From Ranitomeya imitator (Eukaryota): a DNA stretch of 64,000 bases. Positions within the stretch are counted from its first letter, which is position 1, and every line of letters begins with the position of its first letter. The position numbers and the translations under genes are program-made. The stretch lies in NCBI RefSeq assembly GCF_032444005.1, contig NC_091283.1:167586001-167650000 (forward strand), given 5' to 3'. Positions 52,901 to 61,982 of the stretch are shown one piece after another. The notes below the pieces were generated by a model. It was not told the origin of the DNA. It ran no database searches and saw only the letters and a list, made by a program, of their open reading frames with translations.

Positions 52901-54605
52901 CCACTCCAATCAGACTATTTCTCTTTACACACCAACAACTTTCTCCTGTGCCCCCTCCCCGCTGACCACTCACCTGCATAGGTGTGTGTACTTGTATACC
53001 CCCACATCTGACACTCTTCCATGTACCAAGCTGCTGTGTGTCTTGCCCCTCACCCGCTCTCGTTTCTTGGTTGCCGTCTCGCTGTCCCTCGCTTTCCGCT
53101 GTCTTCTAGTAATAATGGGCACCCTCATGTCTCTGCTGGCTTCTAGTAATGGGCGCCCTCATGTCTCTGCTGGCTTCTAGTAATGGGCGCCCTCATGTCT
53201 CCACTATCTTCTAGTAATGGGCGCCCTCATGTCTCTGCTGGCTTCCAGTAATGGGCGCCCTCATGTCTCTGCTGGCTTCCAGTAATGGGCGCCCTCCTGT
53301 CTCCGCTGTCTTCTAGTAATGGGCGCCCTCATGTCTCTGCTGGCTTCCAGTAATGGGCGCCCTCATGTCTCTGCTGGCTTCTAGTAATGGGCGCCCTCAT
53401 GTCTCTGCTGGCTTCCAGTAATGGGCGCCCTCATGTCTCTGCTGGCTTCCAGTAATGGGCGCCCTCCTGTCTCCGCTGTCTTCTAGTAATGGGCGCCCTC
53501 ATGTCTCTGCTGGCTTCTAGTAATGGGCGCCCTCATGTCTCTGCTGGCTTCTAGTAATGGATGCCCTCTTGTCTCTGCTGGCTTCTAGTAATGGGCACCC
53601 TCATGTCTCTGCTGGCTTCTAGTAATGGGCACCCTCATGTCTCTGCTGGCTTCTAGTAATGGGCGCCCTCATGTCTCTGCTGGCTTCTAGTAATGGGAGC
53701 CCTCATGTCTCTGCTGGCTTCTAGTAATGGGAGCCCTCATGTCTCTGCTGGCTTCTAGTAATGGGCGCCCTCATGTCTCTGCTGGCTTCTAGTAATGGGC
53801 GCCCTCATGTCTCTGCTGGCTTCCAGTATTGGGCGCCCTCATGTCTCTGCTGTCTTCTAGTAATGGGAGCCCTCATGTCTCTGCTGGCTTCTAGTAATGG
53901 GAGCCCTCATGTCTCTGCTGGCTTCTAGTAATGGGCGCCCTCATGTCTCTGCTGGCTTCTAGTAATGGGCGCCCTCATGTCTCTGCTGGCTTCTAGTAAT
54001 GGGCGCCCTCATGTCTCTGCTGGCTTCTAGTAATGGGCGCCCTCATGTCTCTGCTGGCTTCCAGTATTGGGCGCCCTCATGTCTCTGCTGTCTTCTAGTA
54101 ATGGGCACCCTCATGTCTCTGCTGGCTTCTAGTAATGGGCACCCTCATGTCTCTGCTGGCTTCTAGTAATGGGCACCCTCATGTCTCTGCTGTCTTCTAG
54201 TAATGGGCACCCTCATGTCTCTGCTGGCTTCTAGTAATGGGCACCCTCATGTCTCTGCTGGCTTCTAGTAATGGGCACCCTCATGTCTCTGCTGGCTTCT
54301 AGTAATGGGCGCCCTCATGTCTCTGCTGGCTTCTAGTAATGGGCACCCTCATGTCTCTGCTGGCTTCTAGTAATGGGCACCCTCATGTCTCTGCTGTCTT
54401 CTAGTAATGGGCACCCTCATGTCTCTGCTGGCTTCTAGTAATGGATGCCCTCATGTCTCTGATGTTTTTCTCTTGCAGGATGAAGGACTGGGTTCGTAGA
54501 GAAGCCGAGCGGCAGATAAAGAGGAAAGAGGCGCTGGGTCTGCCTCTCATCGAAATGAACTACTATGACCCGAAGAGCCTGGTGTTTCCCCCCGAAGATA
54601 AATAG
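33801..54605 (+). CDS. NDUFB11: NADH:ubiquinone oxidoreductase subunit B11 (147 aa)
   Basis: Exons 33801-33986 (186 nt), 51291-51421 (131), 54479-54605 (127); total 444 nt, GT-AG. Arg/Leu-rich presequence, [61 protein letters not shown] at 54632-54637. Confidence 0.93.
34410..35660. mobile_element. Degenerate inverted-repeat non-autonomous element
   Basis: GCTGTTCCCCGGCGCCGGGTGCTGAAGAC (~34570) is mirrored by GTCTTCAGCACCCGGCGCCGGGGAACAGC (~35365). Boundaries are approximate. Confidence 0.5.
36045..36180. repeat. Left remnant of the 40-bp minisatellite split by the L2 insertion
   Basis: CCACTAGGAGGAGCTCGCTAC and ATGGATTTATAC units matching the array at 43081-44232. Confidence 0.75.
36176..43076 (-). 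mobile_element. L2-clade LINE (APE endonuclease + RT), frameshifted, 3' UTR interrupted by piggyBac-like copy 3
   Basis: ORF2 fragments 42955-42398, 42453-41701, 41631-41446, 41400-40534 and 40546-39803 (LALTETW, LILGDFN, LDLVF, LSDHN; [20 protein letters not shown]). 3' UTR at 39802-39630 continues at 36303-36176 with GTAAAGCGCTGCGGAATATGTTGGCGCTATATAAATAAA and a (TAT)n tail. Confidence 0.9.
36308..39625 (+). mobile_element. Non-autonomous piggyBac-like element, copy 3
   Basis: TTAA at 36304-36307 and 39626-39629, three ~390-bp modules, telomere-like tract ~37973-38158, (TA)n expansion near 39000. Confidence 0.85.
43081..44232. repeat. 40-bp minisatellite, ~29 copies, two variant domains
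   Basis: CTGTCACCACTAGGAGGAGCTCGCTACATATGGATTTATA switches near 43400 to CAGCTACCACTAGAGG(G/A)AGCTCACTACATACAGATTTATA. Confidence 0.95.
44235..44615 (+). mobile_element. 5' part of a Harbinger-type MITE
   Basis: TTA|GGCCGGCGTCACACT start; second TIR not found. Confidence 0.5.
44628..45400 (+). mobile_element. Non-autonomous Helitron-like element
   Basis: Starts TC within a (TA)n run. Ends with the hairpin-like CCCGGGCGTAGAACGGG-TTCAATAG before (TA)n; the terminal CTAG is missing. Internal ~34-bp tandem repeats at ~45100-45320. Confidence 0.55.
45699..45885 (+). mobile_element. Short L2-type 3' tail fragment
   Basis: TAGAATGTAAGCCCGCAAGGGCAGGGTCCTC...GTACAGCACCATGGAATCAATGATGCTATATAAATAAA(TAA)n. 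Confidence 0.7.
46371..47710 (+). mobile_element. Tandem non-autonomous Helitrons (at least 3 copies) plus a back-to-back inverted relative ending near 46320
   Basis: Copy A 46371-46822 runs from TCTATATATATAATTGTCTAAGGG to hairpin CCCGAT..ATCGGG-CCACAAT-CTAG|T. Copy B starts at 46833. Copy C lies between N-runs. CCCTTAGACAATTATATATATAGA at ~46295-46320 is the reverse complement of the 5' end. Confidence 0.75.
47919..49934 (+). CDS. Non-LTR retrotransposon RT ORF (RTE-X/RTE-like clade suspected), 5' end lost in an N-run
   Basis: 671 uninterrupted codons: [41 protein letters not shown], and C-terminal [17 protein letters not shown]. 3' UTR to ~50135 with a tandem duplication and AATAAA. Confidence 0.9.
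   Translation: MAKLKAMEEKIKNFQNSVDTPITLQEVTERLSSIRCRKASGLDGILPEMLKYSPPEIQAAMVKLFNIVLSAGYFPRTWNQGLITPIHKSGDRYDPANYRGICVSSNLGKLFNSILNKRILTFLTEHNVLSKSQAGFMPNHRTTDHIYTLHSLIQRHVYNTKNGKIYACFVDFKKAFDSVWHPGLFLKLLESGIGGKTYDVIKSSYTENSCSVSVSGKRTAFFQQSRGVRQGCSLSPTLFNIYINELATALESSSAPGLTLHDAQVKFLLYADDLLLLSPTEKGLQDNLKILEKFSSTWALPVNLKKTNTMVFQRRKRRSDQHPSFILNNCDLTGTDKYTYLGLEIHRSGSFKQIIETLKDKACKTFYAIRRTLYHLKPPVRVWLKIFDSIIAPILLYGSEVWGPHTYPDWSKWDSSPTEIFHLEFCKHLLQVHRSTSNSACRAELGRFPLHLTVLKRALSFRAHLHRSNPSSHHHKALIHEGETEKPEPPVQPSQTQPEQNTNHNNLTKAGIRKMADEGQERYVSDWKNDIISSQKLTMYRSLQRDYRLAPYLEKLPDPRDRQILSRYRLSAHSLAIECGRHRQSYKPREERLCQHCDQEAIEDETHFLLHCSKYSAVRDTHFRRLSHLFPDFITMKEEEKTYILLGEEERAVEIAARYGSECHRLREREL
52017..52262. 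repeat. 33-bp GC-rich minisatellite, ~7.5 copies
   Basis: CACGGCTGTGCCCCCTGGCCCGCGCTCTCCATT units. Confidence 0.95.
53101..54462. repeat. 34-bp minisatellite, ~40 copies, abutting the NDUFB11 exon 3 acceptor
   Basis: CTAGTAATGGGCGCCCTCATGTCTCTGCTGGCTT units. Confidence 0.97.
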
Positions 54606-55839
54606 TCGCACTCCTGTCCCTCTGCCGATTCAATAAAGTATGTGTCACCTCCAGTCTGCTGTTTCTTTTAGAGACCACCAATATGGCTCCTGTTGGAGGG
54701 GTCATCTGGTTTTCCTGGTGTTTGCGCTTTCCTGTTTCACACTTTTTTCCTCTTTGCCTGTTTTTGAAGCCATGAAACAACTCCATTGATCGCGGTCTGA
54801 TGCGGTAATTGGCGTCCTGCTCGGCTTCTAATAGTCATGACCGGACGCCACCTCATTACCTGCGGAGACGGCATGGCCCAATGATGGATGGAGAGCCGTG
54901 CGCTGCGGGGGCTGGCACATGATACATCAGCCGCAGATAATAGAGGGATTAGAGCGGCCCCTCGGCCTGTGCTCAGCGGGGGCACAGCTATGGCCTGGGC
55001 GCAAGATCAGTCGACAATTCCTCTAAGTGCAGCGTCCTATGTGTAGACTGTAGCTACTCGGGAGTGTGGAGATGATGGAGGGCGATGACGGGTGACTGAG
55101 CCCTGACTGCTGGGTCACCGCTCCGTCAGACACCTGCTGGGACTACTCCCCTCCACCATCAGCACCGTGCCAGCTTCTAGCTATATCATAATCTACAATG
55201 CATTGCTGGAACTTGTAGTTCTGGGCCAGAATTTAACTAAAGCAAACCATTTGGGCCTAGTTGTTGTAGACCCACAAGTCTCAGCAGGTTTCCATAGGTC
55301 AGTGTGAATGCTGTGTCCTTGGTGACGCTGGGAGTAGTAGTTATGTAAGAGCCAGGTGGTTTTCCCCTGTTATATAATGTGATCTGCACCTTTCTCTGCA
55401 GCTGGAAGGACATTGCATAAGTGGTCACGTCCTTCAAGCAGGAGGCTGGCGAGGAAAGGGTTACTGAGCTGCGGGGATTTGGGTTTAAATCTGCGGGTTA
55501 AACTGGCTAAGAGCTGGTGTAATCCAGGCAGGAGGGGGCTGCGGCTGCAGAAGTCTCAGCACCATGCCTCCTACTCCCTCACCACACCTGACCATGACCT
55601 CAGCCCACCCTGCCGCTGGGTGCTGCCCGGCCCTGACCCGGGGGGTGGCTCTGCTCTGTAGGATGTGGCTGCATCAAATTCTCAAGGACGAGCGCGGTGA
55701 CGGGTGCTGGACTGGGGAGATGGTCGGGGTGTTACCATGGGAACGTTGCTAACCATTCTGCAGCTCCACAGTACTTAACCCCTCCCATGCCAGACATGAT
55801 TAGCGCAGCACCCAAACATTGCTGCTCCCAACAGCTGTG

Positions 55840-56285
55840 GAATGTAACCCTGTGTGTGCTGGGGCCGCTGCGGCGGAATGTAACCCCGTGTGCTGGGGCC
55901 GCTGCGGCAGAACGTAACCTCGTGTGCTGGGGCCGGTGCGGCGGAACGTAACCTCGTGTGCTGGGGCCGGTGCGGCGGAACGTAACCTCGTGTGCTGGGG
56001 CCGGTGCGGCGGAACGTAACACCGTGTGCTGGGGCCGGTGTGGTGCGGTGGAATGTAACCCCGTGTGCTGGGGTCGGTGCGGCGGAGTGTAACCCCGTGT
56101 GCTGGGGTCGGTGCGGCGGAGTGTAACCCCGGGTGGTGGGGCGGAATGTAACCCCGGGTGCTGGGGCTGGTGGGGCGGAATGTAACCCCGGGTGCTGGGG
56201 CCGGTGGGGCGGAATGTAACCCCGGGTGCTGGGGCCGGTGGGGCGGAATGTAACCCCGGGTGCTGGGGGCGGAATGTAACCTTGT
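55840..56285. repeat. ~34-bp G-rich minisatellite, ~13 copies
   Basis: GTGTGCTGGGGCCGGTGCGGCGGAACGTAACCTC units, drifting to GGTGCTGGGGCCGGTGGGGCGGAATGTAACCCCG. Confidence 0.9.
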
Positions 56286-56509
56286 ACACTGGGGCTGCTG
56301 TGGTGCGGCGTACCAACTATTAACCCTCACAGTGAGGGCCCTGCTGGCATACATGAATTAACTCCTTACCAGCCAATATGCAAAAAATTGTTACCTGCCC
56401 CGAGTGCTGGATTTAACCCCTTATTGGCACTAATATGTAAATTGAATCTGTAAGCAGGATTGTGCACAGTAACCTACACAGTGTCATGTTGGCACCGTTA
56501 TACTGATTA

Positions 56510-56680
56510 GGGCTAGATCTGACATGCGAGAAACTCGGATGAGTGTCTCACGTCAATACCCCGCACTCGCATCGCAGCGTGTGGCCGCATAGCAATACAT
56601 GGAGCTGCACGCTCCGCTCCTGAGTTCCGGGTATTGACATGCGCGACTCATCCGAGTTTCCCGCAGTTGAGAATGAGCCC
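56510..56680. mobile_element. Harbinger-type MITE (171 bp)
   Basis: TTA duplication at 56507-56509 and 56681-56683. GGGCT...AGCCC termini, palindromic body (GAAACTCGGATGAGT / ACTCATCCGAGTTTC). Confidence 0.75.
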
Positions 56681-57813
56681 TTACAATGATACCTGGTGAT
56701 AAAATCCGTCTTGTGGTTGTTTAATCTTTACTTTCAGTTCTGAGTTAATGATATGCTCATGCTTCGGGGCGGCCTGTGGGGGTCTTCATGTGGTGTTCTG
56801 ATTAGTTATTCACCAGAATGGCCTCTACCAGGTCTCTGATCCCTCACTGACCTGCCCCCTAGCTTACATACTTTATATCTTGTTTGGGGGAAAAAAATTA
56901 CATTCAGAAAATGGTGGCTGTGCTGCAGCATGTATCGCATATTGCATATAATGTTGCGTAAAAAAATATTTCACTTCATCAAAATGGCGCATGTGCAGTA
57001 ACCTCACGTTCCAATAGGTGCTATTGCGCATGCGCCTCAGCCATTTTGCTGGAGATAAGAGGTGACAGCAACATGTTGGCGGCACTTGTGTAGTAGCATC
57101 TGGCAGAGTGCGATGCAGGCGCCATTTTGATGAAGTTAAATTTATTTTTTTACACCACAATATTCTATAACCACATGCAACCCATTCTATTAGAATTATA
57201 GAAAGAGGTCCGAGAGGTTTTTTTTTTTTTTAAACTTACATAGTTTTTTAATCCAAAATGTGTTAAAATAAAGTCATATCAGAGTAACACTAGCAGATAG
57301 AATATTGGGGGATAATAGAAAAAGTATTTTATCTACTCCATAAAGTGGAATACCATGTGTATACTAGTGAAAAAAATACATATTACACCCTATAGAAATC
57401 ATATATATGTCAATATTATGGCTGCATCTAATTATCAAATGGTCCCATCAGGGGTCCTATAGTACTGACCAGATGCAACAGCAGTATGGCGGATATAGGT
57501 TTGTAAGGAAAAATAGGAAATAAAGTGCAAAAGTGTGTGCTAGATCGTTAACTATATGTATAAATATCACTAATAAGAGCGTAACTTACATGGAGTAAGA
57601 GCTGCTGCCTCATTCTATGCAGTATGTAAACCGGGGGGCCGGTCCGTGAGGGATCAGTGACTGTCAGCGGGCTGCATTATGAATATCTAATCAGGACACC
57701 AAACGAAGACCCCCACAGGCGCCCCACCGCACGGGCAGGTGATTAACTCAAAACTGGAAATAAAGATTACACAACAACCACAAGACGGATTTCATCACCA
57801 GGTATCGGTGTTA

Positions 57814-58120
57814 GGCTACGTTCACATTAGCGTTATGCATGTTTGCGTCAGGCGACGCATGCGTCATGCGCCCCTATATTTAACATGGGGGACGCATGCG
57901 TCTTTTTGTGCTGCGTTGTGCGACGCATGCGTTTTTTTTGCCGCAAGCGTTGGGCCAAGAAAACGCAACAAGTTGCATTTTTCTTGCGTCCAAATTTCGG
58001 CAAAAAACGACGCATGCGTCGCAAAACGCAGCGTTTTTGCGTGCGTTTTGTTGCATTTTTGTTTGCGTTGTGCGTTGCGTCGCCGACGCAGCGGCGCACA
58101 ACGCAAATGTGAACGTAGCC
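57814..58120. mobile_element. Harbinger-type MITE (307 bp)
   Basis: TTA|GGCTACGTTCACAT...ATGTGAACGTAGCC|TAA; body of GACGCA/TGCGTT motifs. Confidence 0.8.
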
Positions 58121-58443
58121 TAATCAGTATAACGGCGCTGACCTGACACTGCCTGTAGGTCACGGAGCACAATCCTGCTGACAAGGGCACTTTAAAGCTG
58201 TTATAGTAAAATGTGCTGTAGAGATGAGGACTATCTTCTCAGTCATCAGGATCCATGCTTTACGCTGCAGGCATAAGTGTCTCTGCACCCTTGCCTTGCC
58301 AGAATGGACTCCAGCAGGACTGTGGACACCAGTATGTAGCCAGCCTCACCAGTCAGAGGGGCCTAGAGCACCTGCAGCCTGCCAGGGTTATGTGTGACGT
58401 GTGGTGCCCCCACTAATAGGGGCCAATACACAGGTTCATTCAC

Positions 58444-59287
58444 CTGCCGGGGTCCTGGACGTCACACTTAACCCTTGTGCTGCCGGGGTCCTGGACGTTG
58501 CCCTTAACCCTCGCGCTGCCGGAGTCATGGACGTCGCCCTTAACCCTCGTGCTGCCGGGGTCCTGGACGTCGCTCTTAACCCTTGCACTGCCGGGGTCCT
58601 GGACGTCGCCCTTAACCCTCGTGCTTCCGGAGTCATGGACGTCGCCCTTAACCCTTGCACTGCCGGGGTCCTGGACGTCGCCCTTAACTCTCGTGCTGCC
58701 GGAGTCCTGGACGTCGCCCTTAACCCTTGTGCTGCCGGGGTCCTGGACATCGCCCTTAACCCTCGTGCTGCCGGGGTCCTGGACGTCGCCCTTCTCCCTC
58801 GTGCTGCCGGGGTCCTGGACGTCGCTCTTAACCCTCGCGCTGCTGGAGTCCTGGACATCACCCTTAACCCTCGTGCTGCCGGAGTCCTGGACGTCGCCCT
58901 TAACCCTCGTGCTGCCGGGGTCCTGGACGTCGCCCTTAAACCTTGTGCTGCCGGGGTCCTGGACGTCGCCCTTAACCCTCGCGCTGCCGGGGTCCTGGAC
59001 GTCGCCCTTAACCCTCGCGCTGCCGGGGTCCTGGACATCGCCCTTAACCCTCGCTCTGCCGGGGTCCTGGATGTAACCCTTAACCCTCGCCCTGCCGGGC
59101 TCCTGGACGTAACCCTTAACCCTCGCCCTGCCAGGCTCCTGGGCGTAACCCTTAACCCTCGCCCTGCTCCTGGACGTAACCCTTAACCCTCGCCCTGCTC
59201 CTGGACGTAACCCTTAACCCTCGCCCTGCCGGGCTCCTGGACGTAACCCTTAACCCTCGCCCTGCCGGGGTCCTGGACGTAACCCTT
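58444..59287. repeat. 36-bp minisatellite, ~23 copies
   Basis: CCCTTAACCCTCGTGCTGCCGGGGTCCTGGACGTCG units. Confidence 0.95.
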
Positions 59288-60289
59288 GCACCACCTGTGT
59301 CATATATGACGTCTGGTCCCCATGCCTGGATCATGCACATACTGTAGCACACATACACATACAGAGCTTTCCTTAACCCTTTGCTTGCATTCGCGTACAT
59401 CGTTATGATTTAACCCTTCCTGCTAATATCATGTGCCTGGTCACTTTACCCTTTCATTGCCACGTCTTTGTGGCCTGAGCCATAAGCCTTTCCGCCGTAT
59501 AGTACATCCTGTAACCCCTTCCATGCCATGACCAGGTGTGCCTTCGGTTAACCCCTCGCCTGCCTTGGGTGGAGTCGTTGCACATTTCTGGGTGACAGCT
59601 GTAGTGCAGCACGTCCCCTGCATCAGGCGAGTGTGCAGCACACACGTGTTCCCGGCTCGGCAGCACTTAACCCTCGCGTTGCGGGGCTCAGCACTCCGGA
59701 CAGCGCCTCTGGCAGCCGGTGCCTTCCCCGGCTCGCTGCTGCCGCTCTGTGGGGAGCGGCGGGTACTGCAGGCGCTGTAGGGGGCAGCCTCCCGTGGGTT
59801 AGAGCCGAGTGCACGCATCCTCTCACTCTCCTCCCTCCCGCCTTCTCTCCGGCATCTCTTACCTTTGTCTCGGCGGCTCTCCCTCCACCTGCACTTTGCT
59901 GCTGCTGCTGCTAACATGCGGCTGTGCTCCTGCCGGCTGCTCTGACACCTGTGCTGCCGCCTCACCTGTTCCTCCTGGTGCCCCCTGCCTGTCTCTGCTT
60001 CACCCTCAGCCTCCAGGCTGGCACCTTCACTTGCCAGGACCCGGGCACAGGTAGGTCACCTGTCCGCTTGGAAGGAGGGTCTTTGAAGTCTCCCCGGGGT
60101 GCTGTGCTCGGCAGAGCTGGTGACTTTTCCCGTGTTTCAGTGAGTGCTCTGCACTGGGGATGGGTCTGCGCTGCCCCTCAGGGTGGTACACAAGGGTCTC
60201 AGAACATATTGCAGATGTGACTGCAGGGCCAGGAGGGCTGCAGAAGCGGCAGGGCTGACAGAGCCATGCTGAGGGATCGAATCAACACT

Positions 60290-61510
60290 AAAATGCTCTG
60301 CAGGTTCTGTATCTACACAGTATACACAGTGCTCTGCGTCTGAACTAGACTGAAAATGCTCTGCAAAATCTGTATCCACCCATTATCTGAACTAGATAGA
60401 AAATGCTCTGCAAGTTATGTATCCACTTATTACAGACGGTGCTCTGCATCTGAACTAGACAGAAAATGCTACGCAAGTTCTGTGTCCATCTATTGGAGAC
60501 AGTGCTCTCCACCTGAACTCGAGAGAAAATGCTCTGCAAGTTCTGTGTCCATCTATTAGAGACAGTGCTGTGCACCTGAACTCCATAGAAAATGCTCTGC
60601 AATGTCTGTATCCATCTATTAGAGATTGTTCTCTGCACCTGAACTCAATAGAAAATGCTCTGCAAGTTCTGTGTCCATCTATTAGAGATGGTGCTCTGCA
60701 CCTGAACTTGATAGAAAATGCTCTGTAAGTCCTGTATCCAGTTCTTACAGACTTCTCTGCGTCTGAGCTAGATAGAAAAGTGCTCAATCTATATTGTCTG
60801 GATACAGAACTTGCAGAGCATTTTCTATCTACTTCAGATGCAGGGCACTGTCTATCTTGTATAGATACAGAACTTGCAGAGCATTTTCTATCTACTTCAG
60901 ATGCAGGGCACTGTCTATCTTGTATGGATACAGAACTTGCAGAGCATTTTCTATCTACTTCAGATGCAGGGCACTGTCTATCTTGTATGGATACAGAACT
61001 TGCAGAGCATTTTCTATCTACTTCAGATGCAGGGCAGTGTCTATCTTGTATATATACAGAACTTGCAGAGCATTTTCTATCTACTTCAGATGCAGGGCAC
61101 TGTCTATCTTGTATAGATACAGAACTTGCAGAGCTTTGCATTGTAACCACACCGAAATTGCTCTACACGTTCTGTATCCACGCAATACAGTCAGTGCTCT
61201 GCAGGTGAACAAGATAGAAAATGCTCTGCAAGTTGTGTATCCAGGTATTATAGAGCCTTGAACTAGGTAGAGTGCGCTGCAAGTTTCTGATTTGCACCAG
61301 AGGCTGCTGTGCAAAGTGTAGCCACACGCTAGATAATGTTCTGCATCTAAAAACTAGACAGAAGATCCTCTACACGCTCCGCATCCATCCCAGACGGACC
61401 ACTCTGGGGAAGGTAGGGATCCAAACTAGATGGAAAATGCTCTGAACGTTTCCACTCTACACTTGGTAAGACAATACTCTGCTAGAGGGAAAATGCTCTC
61501 CTGCAAGATA
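60290..61510. repeat. ~63-bp minisatellite with an internal inverted block
   Basis: Diverged GATAGAAAATGCTCTGCAAGTTCTGT.TCC units flank a reverse-complement block at ~60796-61134 with an exact 63-bp period (60801, 60864, 60927, 60990, 61053, 61116). Confidence 0.9.
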
Positions 61511-61982
61511 TAAATCCACACTACGCAACTAATGTTCTGCACGGCTTTTGCTCATGGGTTACAAAATGCTCTGCACCTTCTGTCTTGATACTTCATAGAT
61601 ATCCTGTATAAATTGTGTCCACAGCAGGAAAGTAACGAGCTGTGAGTGATCCTGTTATAGGAGTTCCCAACACCTATCTCCCCCAACAGATAATGCTCCG
61701 CGGGATCTGCACCTTTCTTGGGTGAGGTATCCGCACTGATCACTGCAGCCAGGGAACAGCTACTGTACTGGATCCGTGCACCATATGTCATGTGAAGTCT
61801 GGACCTGGTCTGAGGATTTGCTGCTCTTCATGTTCTAGATCCACATTAAATAAGAAATTCCCTGAAAAGTCTGAATCAACCCTGGTTGGATAAATTCTAA
61901 AAATGCTGAATCCACATGTATATAATGTTCTGCTACTGGACCAAAGCAAAAAATGCAATAAATATATCATCTCTGGATGCAC

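Larger units (their letters stand above)
56441..58195. mobile_element. Old T2/Kolobok-type element with inverted arms and nested inserts
   Basis: CAGGATTGTGC..ACCTAC..CGTTATACTGA and GATACCTGGTGAT.AAATCCGTCTTGTGGTTGT on the left are mirrored at ~57770-57810 and 58124-58195. Ends CACT|TTAA. Confidence 0.65.

Noticed and set aside
60455-61261. Cys/His-rich repeat ORFs resembling zinc fingers
   Set aside because: Products of the 63-bp minisatellite; no C2H2 spacing or linker.
61690-61721. 32-nt plus-strand micro-exon candidate (CAG|ATAATG...CTTGG|GTGAGG)
   Set aside because: Good splice motifs, but no partner exons or recognisable peptide in the window.
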